Assembly: GCA_016839555.1 (NCBI GenBank)
Contig: JAEOUA010000003.1
Coordinates: 32,001 to 96,000 of the forward strand
Source: Promethearchaeota archaeon
Lineage (GTDB): Archaea; Asgardarchaeota; Lokiarchaeia; Sigyniarchaeales; SOKP01
DNA length: 64,000 nt
Direction of reading: 5' to 3'
Shown here: one piece after another, positions 51,444 through 61,335 of the stretch
How the letters are laid out: every line of letters begins with the position of its first letter
How positions within the stretch are numbered: position 1 is the stretch's first letter
Translations under genes and position numbers: made by a program
The notes under the pieces: model-generated
What the model was told of the DNA's origin: nothing
Seen by the model: only the letters and a program-made list of their open reading frames with translations
Databases searched by the model: none

Positions 51444-52670
51444 TTAATAAGTGTAGAATGTTTTTTTATCGCCTTTTTCTACAATTTCCTCCAATTCTTC
51501 AATTTCAATATATCCGTCTGAATAGAATAAAGTACTGATGGCTTCTGAGCCCGTTTTGATTGGAAAAATCTTTTTAATACCGCCAACTTGTTCTATTTTA
51601 ACTGGTTTAAAATGATGTCGTCCTATTGGGCTATAAATTCTTTCACCAATTTCAATTTCTTGAGCATTTTTATCACGCAGAGGGTTTCCAGTTATTTTTC
51701 TTAAAAAATCATCTATAAAAATATAAAAACAACTTAAAGCAGATGTAGGATATCCTGGCAGAATAAAAATCATCTTTTTTTCAAGTTTTGCAAAAATAAG
51801 AGGTTTTCCAGGCTTTATCTTCACACCATGGACTAATAACTCGATATTATTAAATGTATTTAAAACTCTCACTCCAAGATCACCTTCTCCTTTCGAAGTT
51901 CCCCCAGATAAAATAACAATATTACTTTCTTTAAGTCCTTGTTCGATTGCCGCTTTTAACTCATTGAAGTCGTCCTTGATAATCCCCAAGAATTGCACCT
52001 CTGCACCTGTATTTTCAATGGCTTGTTTAAGAACAATTGAATTTATGTCATAGATCTTTCCTATTTTTAAATCTTCCACATCAAGGTTCTGAAGTTCATT
52101 TCCGGTACTAATAAGAGATATTTTAAGTTTTTTGTAAACGGGAACTTCTTTTATTCCACAAGCAGCTAAGATACCCATTGTTGGAAGATCAATTAGCTTA
52201 TAAGGATTTAAAACTTCTTCTCCCTTTTTTACATCATATCCTATATTAATTACATAAGTGCCAGGTGTAACGGCTGTTGAGATCAAAATTTCATTATCTT
52301 TTTTTTCCGTATATTCTACCATTACTACAGCATCTGCATTTTTAGGAATAGCCGCTCCTGTAGCTACATATGAGCATTGCCCCTTTTCTAATTCTTTTTG
52401 AGGGATATCTCCTACTTCTATCATTTCAATCAATTTTAAGGGTATTTCATTATCTTCTTCAGCTCCGAAAGTGTCCTCTGCTCTTACCGCATAACCATCC
52501 ATTCGAGACTTTTTGAAATGAGGAACATTAATTGGACTCTTTATTTCTTTTGAAATTACTCGATTAAAACTCTGTTCTAAAGGAATAATTTCATCTTCCT
52601 GTATTAAATTAGGGAGTTCATTTAAAATACTTCTAAAATCAGAAACTGAAATGGTTTTTAGAAATTTAAT
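51444..52670 (-). CDS. moeA: MoeA (paralog 2); start extended to an ATT
   Basis: MDGYAV, STGNEL, GGTSKG, KPGKP, LPGYP; upstream frame adds (M)KFLKTIS...PINVPHFKKSR from ATT 52670, 6 nt after GAGGAG. Confidence 0.92.
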   Translation of the reverse strand: MKFLKTISVSDFRSILNELPNLIQEDEIIPLEQSFNRVISKEIKSPINVPHFKKSRMDGYAVRAEDTFGAEEDNEIPLKLIEMIEVGDIPQKELEKGQCSYVATGAAIPKNADAVVMVEYTEKKDNEILISTAVTPGTYVINIGYDVKKGEEVLNPYKLIDLPTMGILAACGIKEVPVYKKLKISLISTGNELQNLDVEDLKIGKIYDINSIVLKQAIENTGAEVQFLGIIKDDFNELKAAIEQGLKESNIVILSGGTSKGEGDLGVRVLNTFNNIELLVHGVKIKPGKPLIFAKLEKKMIFILPGYPTSALSCFYIFIDDFLRKITGNPLRDKNAQEIEIGERIYSPIGRHHFKPVKIEQVGGIKKIFPIKTGSEAISTLFYSDGYIEIEELEEIVEKGDKKTFYTY

Positions 52671-52739
52671 TGAAATCTCCTCTAAATTTATAATTTAAAA
52701 TTGTTTTACTATAAATTTATTTATTATTTTAATAATATA

Positions 52740-53195
52740 TTAGTGTACCCATTTTTTAGAATGATCCAAGAATTCTTCTCTTTTCCATACCTCAATCTCT
52801 TTTTTATAACGTTCTACAGCTGTTCTTAGCGCATTAAATCCCTCTTCTCTATGAGCAGATGCTACCACCACATATACTAAATCCTCAGATAATTTAAATT
52901 CCCCTTTTAAATGAATTATTTTAATATCAATTATTCCTGGAATTTTTTTTATATCTTCACAAATATGATTAATACTTTTGTTAGCTAATTCCTCATAAGT
53001 ATTTATAGTTAGGAATTTCACAAGTTTTCTTTCTTTGGATGTTTCTCTAACTATGCCATTAAAAGAAAGAATAGCACCCGCTTTTTGTATTTCTGGATTA
53101 CTTTTTAAAGAAGCAATAAGCTTTGGAAAATCAATTTCATTTTTTCTATATATTCCCGATTTAATATGCGAATCCTTCTTCTTATTGTTTTTCAT
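52740..53195 (-). CDS. moaE: Molybdopterin synthase catalytic subunit
   Basis: GAILSFNGIVR, VASAHREEGF, VWKRE. Confidence 0.93.
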   Translation of the reverse strand: MKNNKKKDSHIKSGIYRKNEIDFPKLIASLKSNPEIQKAGAILSFNGIVRETSKERKLVKFLTINTYEELANKSINHICEDIKKIPGIIDIKIIHLKGEFKLSEDLVYVVVASAHREEGFNALRTAVERYKKEIEVWKREEFLDHSKKWVH

Positions 53196-53200
53196 ATCTG

Positions 53201-53482
53201 TCAGCCTCCAGATACAGGTAATAAAAAAGCTAAAATATCATCCTTTAGTAATAGTTGAGAATTGAGATTGTGATTTTTTATAATGCAATGATTGATGGCA
53301 ACAGAGATTGTGTTTTTAATAGTGTTGGTTTTTTCTTCTAATAATATCTTTTTAAGAAGTGGATATTTTTTTATAAGTTTATTAATTAATTCTCCCAAAG
53401 TTTTTAATTGATTGAGATTAATGTATTCTTCATCTTTGTGAGTAATCGTCTTAAAATCAGCAAAATATAATATTTTTACCAT
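53201..53482 (-). CDS. moaD: MoaD/ThiS sulfur carrier
   Basis: ILYFA N-terminus, C-terminal PVSGG, between moaA and moaE. Confidence 0.9.
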   Translation of the reverse strand: MVKILYFADFKTITHKDEEYINLNQLKTLGELINKLIKKYPLLKKILLEEKTNTIKNTISVAINHCIIKNHNLNSQLLLKDDILAFLLPVSGG

Positions 53483-53514
53483 TTATAACATTAATCTCCT
53501 ATTTTTATATTTAT

Positions 53515-54432
53515 TCAATAATATGGTTCTCGAGAATCGACTACTTCTCTTATTACTTTCTCAAAATGTTCCAATGAATTAAGATTTAGATCATTTTTTA
53601 TATTTTTTCCCCTATCAGCACGATATAAGCATCCAAATAGATTTCCATCACAGCCCACTCTTAATTTTGTACATCCCATACAAAATTCGTGACTTGGATG
53701 AATAGCTTCTACAATTGCGCCATTTGACAGAAATAAAACTTTTCGGTTTTGCATCAACCCTCTTATTTTCACATCAACAGCTTTTTCTACTAAACTCTTA
53801 ATTATATCTGATAAATCTAAGTGATATTTCACATAGAATTCTTTTTCTTTTCCAATTGCATCTGATCTTGCATGTAATTCTATTAATTGTAGGATATATC
53901 CAGTTTTTGCAGAAAATTCAATGAAATCCTCTAATTCAAGATCATTTAATCCTTTTAACATCACATAGTTTATTTTAATTGGAAATAATCCAACTTCTTT
54001 TGCTTTATTAAGACCTTTTAATACTTTCGATAAAGAATCAGAACCTGTAATTTTTTTATAAACATCTGGTTTTAAGGATGGTAAAGATACATTAATACGG
54101 TTTAATCCAGCTCGAACTAAATCTTCTGCTTTTTCATATAATAAATATCCATTAGTAGTCATTGAAATATCTTTATATAATCCTAAATCACTAACTTGTT
54201 GAATTATTGGAATTATATCTTTTCGACTTAAAGGTTCTCCCCCCGTAAATTTAATTCTTGTCACATTTAATATTTCTGCTAATAAACGGCATATTTTTTT
54301 AATCTCTTCTACTGTCAATTCTGTCGTTTTTGGAATAAAACCTTCATTATCACAATAAATACAATTAAAATTGCATTTATCAGTAACTGAAAATCGAATG
54401 TGCTTAATTTTCCTATTACATTTGTCTTTCAT
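53515..54432 (-). CDS. moaA: GTP 3',8-cyclase (radical SAM), archaeal type
   Basis: CNFNCIYC, TGGEP, TTNG, FCMGCTKLR...GCL, ends REPYY. Confidence 0.94.
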   Translation of the reverse strand: MKDKCNRKIKHIRFSVTDKCNFNCIYCDNEGFIPKTTELTVEEIKKICRLLAEILNVTRIKFTGGEPLSRKDIIPIIQQVSDLGLYKDISMTTNGYLLYEKAEDLVRAGLNRINVSLPSLKPDVYKKITGSDSLSKVLKGLNKAKEVGLFPIKINYVMLKGLNDLELEDFIEFSAKTGYILQLIELHARSDAIGKEKEFYVKYHLDLSDIIKSLVEKAVDVKIRGLMQNRKVLFLSNGAIVEAIHPSHEFCMGCTKLRVGCDGNLFGCLYRADRGKNIKNDLNLNSLEHFEKVIREVVDSREPYY

Positions 54433-54444
54433 TATTATGCTTGC

Positions 54445-54879
54445 TTATACTTTCTTTAATTTTTCTTCCACTTTAATGTCTTGAATTATAGTAGAGGGGT
54501 ATTGACCATTTTTATCTTTCTCATACATCTTCACGACATCCCATACATTTAAAAGAGCTGCAGAAACTCCTGTTAAGGCCTCCATTTCAACCCCTGTTTT
54601 CGCAATACTTTTTACGATACATGTAGCCTTTATATAGGATTCTTTATCTTCAATTTCAAAATCAATCGAAACATTTGTTATTGGAATTGGATGACAAAGT
54701 AGGATTAAATCCGGAACTTTTTTTACAGCATTTATTCCGGCAATTCTTGCTATTGTCCTCACATCCCCTTTTTGAATATTATTAGTTTTAATTTTATCAA
54801 TTGTGCTTCTTTTTAAAAATATTTTTCCCGATGCTTTGGCTATCCGTTCTATTTTTTTTTTATGGGATATATCAATCAT
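54445..54879 (-). CDS. moaC: cPMP synthase
   Basis: [29 protein letters not shown]. Confidence 0.95.
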   Translation of the reverse strand: MIDISHKKKIERIAKASGKIFLKRSTIDKIKTNNIQKGDVRTIARIAGINAVKKVPDLILLCHPIPITNVSIDFEIEDKESYIKATCIVKSIAKTGVEMEALTGVSAALLNVWDVVKMYEKDKNGQYPSTIIQDIKVEEKLKKV

Positions 54880-54901
54880 GATTGAAGTGAAATTTTTTTA
54901 T

Positions 54902-54925
54902 CGTTATATTTTTATATACATCACG
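54902..54925. promoter_or_regulatory. ModE-type operator upstream of moaC
   Basis: CGTTATAT-TTTTATAT-ACATCACG; contains TATAT-N7-TACAT with CG flanks. Confidence 0.7.
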
Positions 54926-55112
54926 TCGTTAGTTAGAGTATAATACCAAATGTAAAAAATATTAACTAATATAAATATAACTAATTTTGATTGATTTATT
55001 TAAATTTAAAATCAAAAAGATAAATTTTTTTTTACAAAATAATATATTATTCTACTTAAATTCAATTCTTACTCGGTAAATTTATAAGAAATTATATAAT
55101 AAGATAAAAATT

Positions 55113-55589
55113 TTATTTAGCAAACCTTCCATCATCCTTCATAAAATTTAATTGATCTAAGTTATTTTTAAGCCATCCTATCTCCGTTTTATCGAGATTA
55201 AATTCTGGTATATACGGTTTTATATCTAATAATGGAGTTTGATCAATAATATCTAAATTCTTTATGAATAAAATATTATCTTCTACTCTAATTAACTTAA
55301 CAACAGATATTCCTATAGGATTTGGTCTGCTTGAAGCATGGGTAGAAAAAACTCCATGTTTTTCTGTATCTAAAAACGGTTTTACTAGTAAAGAAGGGTT
55401 TTTAGAAAGATGAAAATGATAAATTAATATTAAATGTGAAAATCCCTCAAGATCTTTTAAACCTTCCGCATATTCGGGATAAACTATAACCTTTCCTTCA
55501 ATTTCTTTAGATATTGATATTTGAATAGGTGTTCCCTTAGGATTTTTAAAAGGCGAACGGATGATACCAATTGGTTTATAATTTATCAT
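55113..55589 (-). CDS. tsaA: TrmO/TsaA tRNA m6t6A37 methyltransferase family
   Basis: PIGIIRSPF, GFSHL, GVFSTHASSRPNPIG, TPLLDIKPY. Confidence 0.92.
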   Translation of the reverse strand: MINYKPIGIIRSPFKNPKGTPIQISISKEIEGKVIVYPEYAEGLKDLEGFSHLILIYHFHLSKNPSLLVKPFLDTEKHGVFSTHASSRPNPIGISVVKLIRVEDNILFIKNLDIIDQTPLLDIKPYIPEFNLDKTEIGWLKNNLDQLNFMKDDGRFAK

Positions 55590-55748
55590 GTCTTTTTGAA
55601 TAGCTATTTTTAATTCAATTTTTTAAAATCAACTAATCTTAAATAAAATAATGGAGCATTATTCAAAAGACATTTTAAATGTTGAACTATAAAAACTTAC
55701 ATGCATTACCAGAAATTAGAAGAATAAGACTTCGATAATTATGGTTAT

Positions 55749-56648
55749 TTATTGTCCAAGAAACGGAAAGATTTGTTTAAAAATAGATAATAAAGAAGGA
55801 ACTTGAGGTAATGGAAGTATCCCATAAATATAGAAAAAAATTAATATAAAAATAATAAGGCAAAACATAATAAAAGCCCAGTCCTTTTTTTTGAATTTGA
55901 CTTCTGTCAGATATGTTCTTTCTTTAGAAATGCCAAAGCAACGATTTTCCATGGAAATTGATGTGATATACCCTTTTCTTAGAATTGATACTAATATCGA
56001 AATAAGTCGTTCAAAAATAAGATTATATGCTTTTTTTACGGTTTTTACTCTTTCTCTTCCAAATCCTCGAGCCTTTTGAGCTAATGCTATTGTTTTTGCC
56101 TCTTTCTCGATTAAAGGAATGTACCTCAAGCCCACCATAAAATTAAAACAATATTTATAGGGGATTTTCAGTTTAATAAGAGAATATACAAAATCTTTCA
56201 TTGATGTAGTATTAGTGAAAACAATTGAAGAGGTGAATAAAGTAATTACAATAAAAAATGCTTTCAAGGCATAATAGACAGCTAATCTTCTTATTGGTAA
56301 AAATTCTAATCCGAATAAATAAAACAATACTTCAGCTTCTTCTTGGGGAATAGCATTAAAAAAGATATTTAATAAGACGCTAACTATCATTACAATAATC
56401 ATGAATCTTAACTTCCTTGCTAAATCTTTTAATGAAATTCCACTCAATAGTGCAATGATAATGAGTGATAATGTAAATATTGAGAAAAAGATAAGACTTT
56501 TAATGAAAAAAATTGTAATCGTTAGCATTAAAATAAAAAAAAATTTTGAGAGAGGATTTAATTTATGAAAGAAGGAATTTCCTGGGTAATAAGCAAATGT
56601 ATATGATTTATTATCTAAAATTTTATTCCTTTTTGTCATTTTATTCAT
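55749..56648 (-). CDS. ecfT: ECF transporter T component
   Basis: HKLNPLSK, LRYIP, AQKARG, SMENRCF. Confidence 0.92.
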   Translation of the reverse strand: MNKMTKRNKILDNKSYTFAYYPGNSFFHKLNPLSKFFFILMLTITIFFIKSLIFFSIFTLSLIIIALLSGISLKDLARKLRFMIIVMIVSVLLNIFFNAIPQEEAEVLFYLFGLEFLPIRRLAVYYALKAFFIVITLFTSSIVFTNTTSMKDFVYSLIKLKIPYKYCFNFMVGLRYIPLIEKEAKTIALAQKARGFGRERVKTVKKAYNLIFERLISILVSILRKGYITSISMENRCFGISKERTYLTEVKFKKKDWAFIMFCLIIFILIFFYIYGILPLPQVPSLLSIFKQIFPFLGQ

Positions 56649-58425
56649 CTCCTGTTTTTTTTTGAATTTGCTTATTTATTTCATTCAGGAGAATAATAGG
56701 TCCTAAATTTCCATGCCTTTTAAAATAGTTTCCGTTAGTGTCATAATCTCTTAAAGTCCCATCATGATTTAATTCAATGATTTTTTTGGTATATTTTAAT
56801 AAAAGATGATAATCATGTGAAGATATTATGATTGTTTTTCCTCTTTTATTTTCAATATACAAAGTCTCAATTAATTCTTCAATAGTATATTGATCCTGCC
56901 CAATAAAGGGCTCATCTAATAAAATGATTTCCGGATTATACACAAATATAGAGCTCAAATTCAATCTTCTTTTTTGGCCCCAACTTAGATTAAACGGGTT
57001 CTTTTCAGGACTTTCATTTCCAATCAATGAGATTAATTTATTAATATATTCCTCTTTAATTTGGTTAAGAATATTAAAATTTTTTGGAGCATATAATATC
57101 TCATCCTTTATAGTGCTTTTAAATATCATGCTCTCTGGGTTTTGGAAAATAAAACCTATTTTTTGGGCATATTCATATTCATCAAAATTTTGAATATTTT
57201 CACCTCGATATAATATCTCACCTGATTTTGGTTCATAAAGGCCTGCCAAAAGGTATAATAATGTTGTTTTGCCCGATCCGTTAGGTCCAACTAATCCTAT
57301 GAAATCTCCTTGTTCGATTTGTAAAGATAAATTCTGTAAGGCAGTGATTCCAGAATTAGGATACTTAAAAGTTAATTTTTTTATTTCCAGATAATTTTTA
57401 GGGATCGTTTTTTGTTTACCAGATGAATGATTTTTTATGCTTTCAATGTATAAATTATCAAATTCAATTAAACGATCAAAATTTTGATATTTTTTCAGAT
57501 AATCGGGATGAATTTCTGTATTAATTAAGACTTTTTTCAATTTTTCCAATTGATTAATACTTAGATTTTGTATTAGATCAATAGCTTCTTGAAAATCTAC
57601 AGGATTTATAATTGATCTATCATATTCATAAAAAGTATTTAGCAACCATGGAACCCGTAAATTACATACTTTTAATTCATTAAAACTATTTCTAAGAATA
57701 TTTGACATTTCTCCATTAAGGGCAATAGTACCGTCATAATTCAAAACTACTATTTTATCCGCAATATCTATTATTCTGGATAATCTATGCTCTATAATTA
57801 TTAAAGTTAAATCATAATTATCAGATTTAATTAATCTTTTTAATCTACCTAACAATAAACTTTCTGATTTTTGATCAAGAAACGCAATGGGCTCATCTAA
57901 AATTAACAATTTTGGGTTCATAACTAAAAATGAACTAAGAATAGTTAATTGCATTTGGCCCCCACTTAATTGATTGATTTCTCTGTCTAAAAGATGAGAA
58001 ATACCTAAAAATTTAGAAATCTCTTTAACGCGCTTCTTTATTTCTGCTTCTGGGTATTTTAAATTTTCAAGACCAAATGCAATTTCATCCTTTACGGTAA
58101 AGGTTACTAGTTGTTCTAAGGGATTTTGTGTCACTAATCCAACTAGTTTATTTAATTCCATGAAATCATAATCCCAGATGCTTTTTCCAAAAATTTGGAC
58201 ATCTCCTTTTGCAAATCCTTTGATTCTCCAAGGAATAAATCCATTAATCGCATATGCAAGAGTTGATTTTCCACTCCCGCTTGGTCCCGCTATAACTAAA
58301 ACCTCCCCTCTATTTAATTGGAAAGTAATATTAGATATAGCGGGTGTATGATCTTTCTCTCTTCCATATATAAATGAAAAATTATTAAAAGAAAGAGCTG
58401 GAATTGAATTTGAATCTAAATTTAT
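56641..58425 (-). CDS. Fused dual ECF ATPase (A-A'); start extended to a probable ATA
   Basis: Upstream in-frame extension holds the first Walker A GPSGSGKS; LSGGQ, LDEP; second GPNGSGKT, LSWGQ; AGGTGTGA SD before ATA 58425. Confidence 0.9.
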   Translation of the reverse strand: MNLDSNSIPALSFNNFSFIYGREKDHTPAISNITFQLNRGEVLVIAGPSGSGKSTLAYAINGFIPWRIKGFAKGDVQIFGKSIWDYDFMELNKLVGLVTQNPLEQLVTFTVKDEIAFGLENLKYPEAEIKKRVKEISKFLGISHLLDREINQLSGGQMQLTILSSFLVMNPKLLILDEPIAFLDQKSESLLLGRLKRLIKSDNYDLTLIIIEHRLSRIIDIADKIVVLNYDGTIALNGEMSNILRNSFNELKVCNLRVPWLLNTFYEYDRSIINPVDFQEAIDLIQNLSINQLEKLKKVLINTEIHPDYLKKYQNFDRLIEFDNLYIESIKNHSSGKQKTIPKNYLEIKKLTFKYPNSGITALQNLSLQIEQGDFIGLVGPNGSGKTTLLYLLAGLYEPKSGEILYRGENIQNFDEYEYAQKIGFIFQNPESMIFKSTIKDEILYAPKNFNILNQIKEEYINKLISLIGNESPEKNPFNLSWGQKRRLNLSSIFVYNPEIILLDEPFIGQDQYTIEELIETLYIENKRGKTIIISSHDYHLLLKYTKKIIELNHDGTLRDYDTNGNYFKRHGNLGPIILLNEINKQIQKKTGDE

Positions 58426-58443
58426 CTTTCACACCTTTATCTT

Positions 58444-59046
58444 TTAAAACGTTGTATGGACCCCTGCTTTGATTAATACATTTGTTACAGCTCGCCCTAA
58501 TAGTCCGACAATAAAAATACCCGAAATAAAAGCATATATAAAAGATAAAACCCAAAGAGTCCAATGTAAATACCATCTCTGATTTAGAACCCAAAAAAAT
58601 GGTGCTTGAAAGAAATTTCCAAACCCGCCGGCAATTCCCCAACCTAAATTGGTTTCTCCTTCCCCTAATTTTTCAATGATAAAAAATCCACTTAGAAGGC
58701 AAAATCCTTCCATTAAATTAACAAATATAATTAATAATCCCCACGGGTCGCCGAATAATAATTCTAATAAGCCTTTCGAAAGCATGGTTATCATAATATT
58801 GGCTTTTTTCTTAGTGAGCCCATAAATGATTGATGCCCAAATAACATGATGTCCACTGATTAATTGAGTGCCCCCAGTCAACGGGTACCAGACCTTTATT
58901 AATAAGCTAAAAGGAATTAAACTTGATATAATTCCACCAAGAACACCAATGATTGTTGAATATAATAAATCAATTGATGTATATTTCTTCCTCGATAACC
59001 CAGTTTCTATGAAGTCTTCATCAAGCTTTTTTGTAATTTCTTCCAT
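58444..59046 (-). CDS. ECF transporter S (substrate-binding) component
   Basis: 200 aa, about 6 TM, YTSIDLL N-terminus, LIKAGV C-terminus, directly upstream of the ECF ATPase. Confidence 0.85.
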   Translation of the reverse strand: MEEITKKLDEDFIETGLSRKKYTSIDLLYSTIIGVLGGIISSLIPFSLLIKVWYPLTGGTQLISGHHVIWASIIYGLTKKKANIMITMLSKGLLELLFGDPWGLLIIFVNLMEGFCLLSGFFIIEKLGEGETNLGWGIAGGFGNFFQAPFFWVLNQRWYLHWTLWVLSFIYAFISGIFIVGLLGRAVTNVLIKAGVHTTF

Positions 59047-59107
59047 ATTTGTTTACCCTAAGATTTTTTTTTTAATATTTTTGTTATTTTTTTTTTAATT
59101 TAAATTT

Positions 59108-59683
59108 CTATTGAATAAGGATAGAGCTTACCATCTTAACACAATATTGAGAACTAAATTCTCCTTCAGGTACAACTGACTGATCTATAACTGATCTAAT
59201 TGGACCATCAGATGTTAATGGAAGTCCATTTTCTTCATAGGCTAAAATTACCGAAGTACTAAAATTTTTGGCAATTATAAGACTAAGTGGTTTTGGCGAA
59301 GCATAGCCATCATATGCATAGAATCGGAATGTAAGCTCTTCAACAGGTCTTGCTAATAAGTCCAATCTATCCAATACACTCCATAAAGTGACTCCAGTAT
59401 AAACTTTAATATATTGGTTATATAAGCGATTCATGATAAGAAATTGTTTATAATAAACTTGTTGAAAAGAGAGAGATTTCAGTTGACTTACAGTAACTAT
59501 TGCTCTTCCTCCTTTAATACCTGTCCCTTCAATGGTTATTGGGGTTAAATCCGGTTGAGTTTGTTGTTGCTGATAAGCTTGATAATCTATATCTAATTCG
59601 ATAAAAGCATAGACATTCAACCAAAAAATACTTAAGCCTATCACCACAGAAGCTATTAAAAGATAGAAATTCCTTGTTTTCAT
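59108..59683 (-). CDS. Membrane-anchored protein with one sulfite-oxidase-type molybdopterin-binding domain
   Basis: N-terminal TM; YTGVTLWSVL, AYDGY, ILAYEENGLPL, GPIRSVI, VKMVSSI. Confidence 0.8.
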   Translation of the reverse strand: MKTRNFYLLIASVVIGLSIFWLNVYAFIELDIDYQAYQQQQTQPDLTPITIEGTGIKGGRAIVTVSQLKSLSFQQVYYKQFLIMNRLYNQYIKVYTGVTLWSVLDRLDLLARPVEELTFRFYAYDGYASPKPLSLIIAKNFSTSVILAYEENGLPLTSDGPIRSVIDQSVVPEGEFSSQYCVKMVSSILIQ

Positions 59684-59856
59684 ATTTTTTCATCTATCTT
59701 TCTTAATTTTTTTGTTATTTATTTGTTATAGATGCACTTATTAATTTATTTTAAGTGATTTTTATAGTAATTCATTAAATATTAAAAAAAAAAATAGTTA
59801 TTATTAAATTAAATTTTCTAGGTTTTTTTGCATTAGCAATTAATATTAATTCTGAG

Positions 59857-61080
59857 CTAAGTAGTAATAGTAATATCAATTCTATATATCATCGAGACGA
59901 AGTGATCTCTAGTTCTGCCGGGAACTATACACGTTAAAGGTCCATGAGCAAGCCTCATCTCCTGCTGCTCAGGCCAAACTGGATTCGTGGGATATGGTTC
60001 ACCAGCCCCTAAATCTATCTCTCCTAATATTCGTTGGGAATAGGCTAATATGATAGGTTTGCCATCATTAATTCCTGCTGGTAAGGGTACTCCGTCAGGA
60101 TTTGCTACTGATTCATTTACATAGTCCCAATATGTTGAATTAAATGCCAATCCCTCATAAATTTCTGTTGTGTTAAACCCTGGATCTTTCGATCTTCCAG
60201 AAGGAGCTGCCCACCCATCGGCAGCAACTACTTTTACCTCGAAATAAACAGAATCATTCATCCCAGCCCAATCACAGATTAAGGAAAGATTTATCCCTAT
60301 GACTTCTCTATTATAGTTCCAAAAATCACTACGATCATAAGAATAATTATAAACTTTTTGGTTACTCACATCTGTAAAATTGCTAGGTTCAAGTGTTAAT
60401 TTTGATACACCATCAACATATACTTCCAATGTCCAATACGTATCAATTTTTATTTCTTTAAGATTTTTTAGTTGAAATATCCTTCCAGCTGATGCTAGCG
60501 TAAAATTACCCCATGGCTCATCTTCATTTGCTAAAGGAGAGTCTTGTAACCATTTTTTATCTGCTGCAAGCACAATAATAACATCTTCTTCATAATTTTC
60601 GATTTTATTCAATAATTCTACGGCGGTTATATCTTCTTCCATCGGATCCAAATATTTATCAAGATTATGAGAAATGAATGTGATTTCCCCCGGATAAGAA
60701 ATATTAAATTTATCTAATAGATCGGTTAAATAAATGCCAGTTAGAGGAATTCCTGATTGTTGATCAAATATTGAAGTAATTCCGATACCTGTATCAATGT
60801 CATATTTTTCAGCGTCCAGCCCTTTTTCCACTTGTTTTAATATATCCCCAAGTGTAATATTTATAGAATCACCCGTTTGATTAGTGAGAATGATTTTTGA
60901 TGAATTTGGAGCAGTAGACCAATCATCAGGAAGTCCAGATTGATAGGTGGTTAGAACTGTTCGCACGCCACTAAGGTCTATAGTTGTAGGTTCTTCTGAA
61001 AGAAGCACATACCCTAAACCCCCTCCCAAGCTCACCAGAGCAATAATTAATACTCCAATTATTCCATCTTTTAGTTCCAT
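59857..61080 (-). CDS. Membrane-anchored acidic protein with two divergent sulfite-oxidase-type domains
   Basis: N-terminal TM; TGIYLTDLL...LKNLKEIKI and GINLSLI...AADGW...IILAY...HGPLTCIVPG...VSMIYRI; many NxS/T sequons. Confidence 0.7.
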   Translation of the reverse strand: MELKDGIIGVLIIALVSLGGGLGYVLLSEEPTTIDLSGVRTVLTTYQSGLPDDWSTAPNSSKIILTNQTGDSINITLGDILKQVEKGLDAEKYDIDTGIGITSIFDQQSGIPLTGIYLTDLLDKFNISYPGEITFISHNLDKYLDPMEEDITAVELLNKIENYEEDVIIVLAADKKWLQDSPLANEDEPWGNFTLASAGRIFQLKNLKEIKIDTYWTLEVYVDGVSKLTLEPSNFTDVSNQKVYNYSYDRSDFWNYNREVIGINLSLICDWAGMNDSVYFEVKVVAADGWAAPSGRSKDPGFNTTEIYEGLAFNSTYWDYVNESVANPDGVPLPAGINDGKPIILAYSQRILGEIDLGAGEPYPTNPVWPEQQEMRLAHGPLTCIVPGRTRDHFVSMIYRIDITITT

Positions 61081-61140
61081 ATTATCACATAAAATTTTTA
61101 TATAAATTTTGGTAGTAAATAATATTTGCGAGTATAAAAG

Positions 61141-61164
61141 TGTTATGTATGACTGACCATATCG
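61141..61164. promoter_or_regulatory. Second ModE-like operator, upstream of the ECF operon
   Basis: TGTTATGT-ATGACTGA-CCATATCG, same 8-8-8 geometry as 54902; abuts a TATA-like TTTTATAC on the minus strand (61132-61139). Confidence 0.5.
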
Positions 61165-61335
61165 TCTAAGAAAAAATTAATTTTAATCGTTTTTCAAGAG
61201 CTATAAATAGAAAATAAATAAGTCTATTATTATTTCTGAAATTAAAAAAAATAATGTCTAAAAGATAAATAAAAGTAAAAACAAAAATATAAAATACTTG
61301 AAGAATGGGATATTTAGTAGTAGATTTTATCCTTT

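Noticed and set aside
49601-52670. Two moeA paralogs as a novelty
   Set aside because: Common in archaea
59108-61080. Active sulfite oxidase / MsrP enzymes
   Set aside because: Mo-ligating Cys position not conserved, no twin-arginine signal and no cytochrome partner nearby
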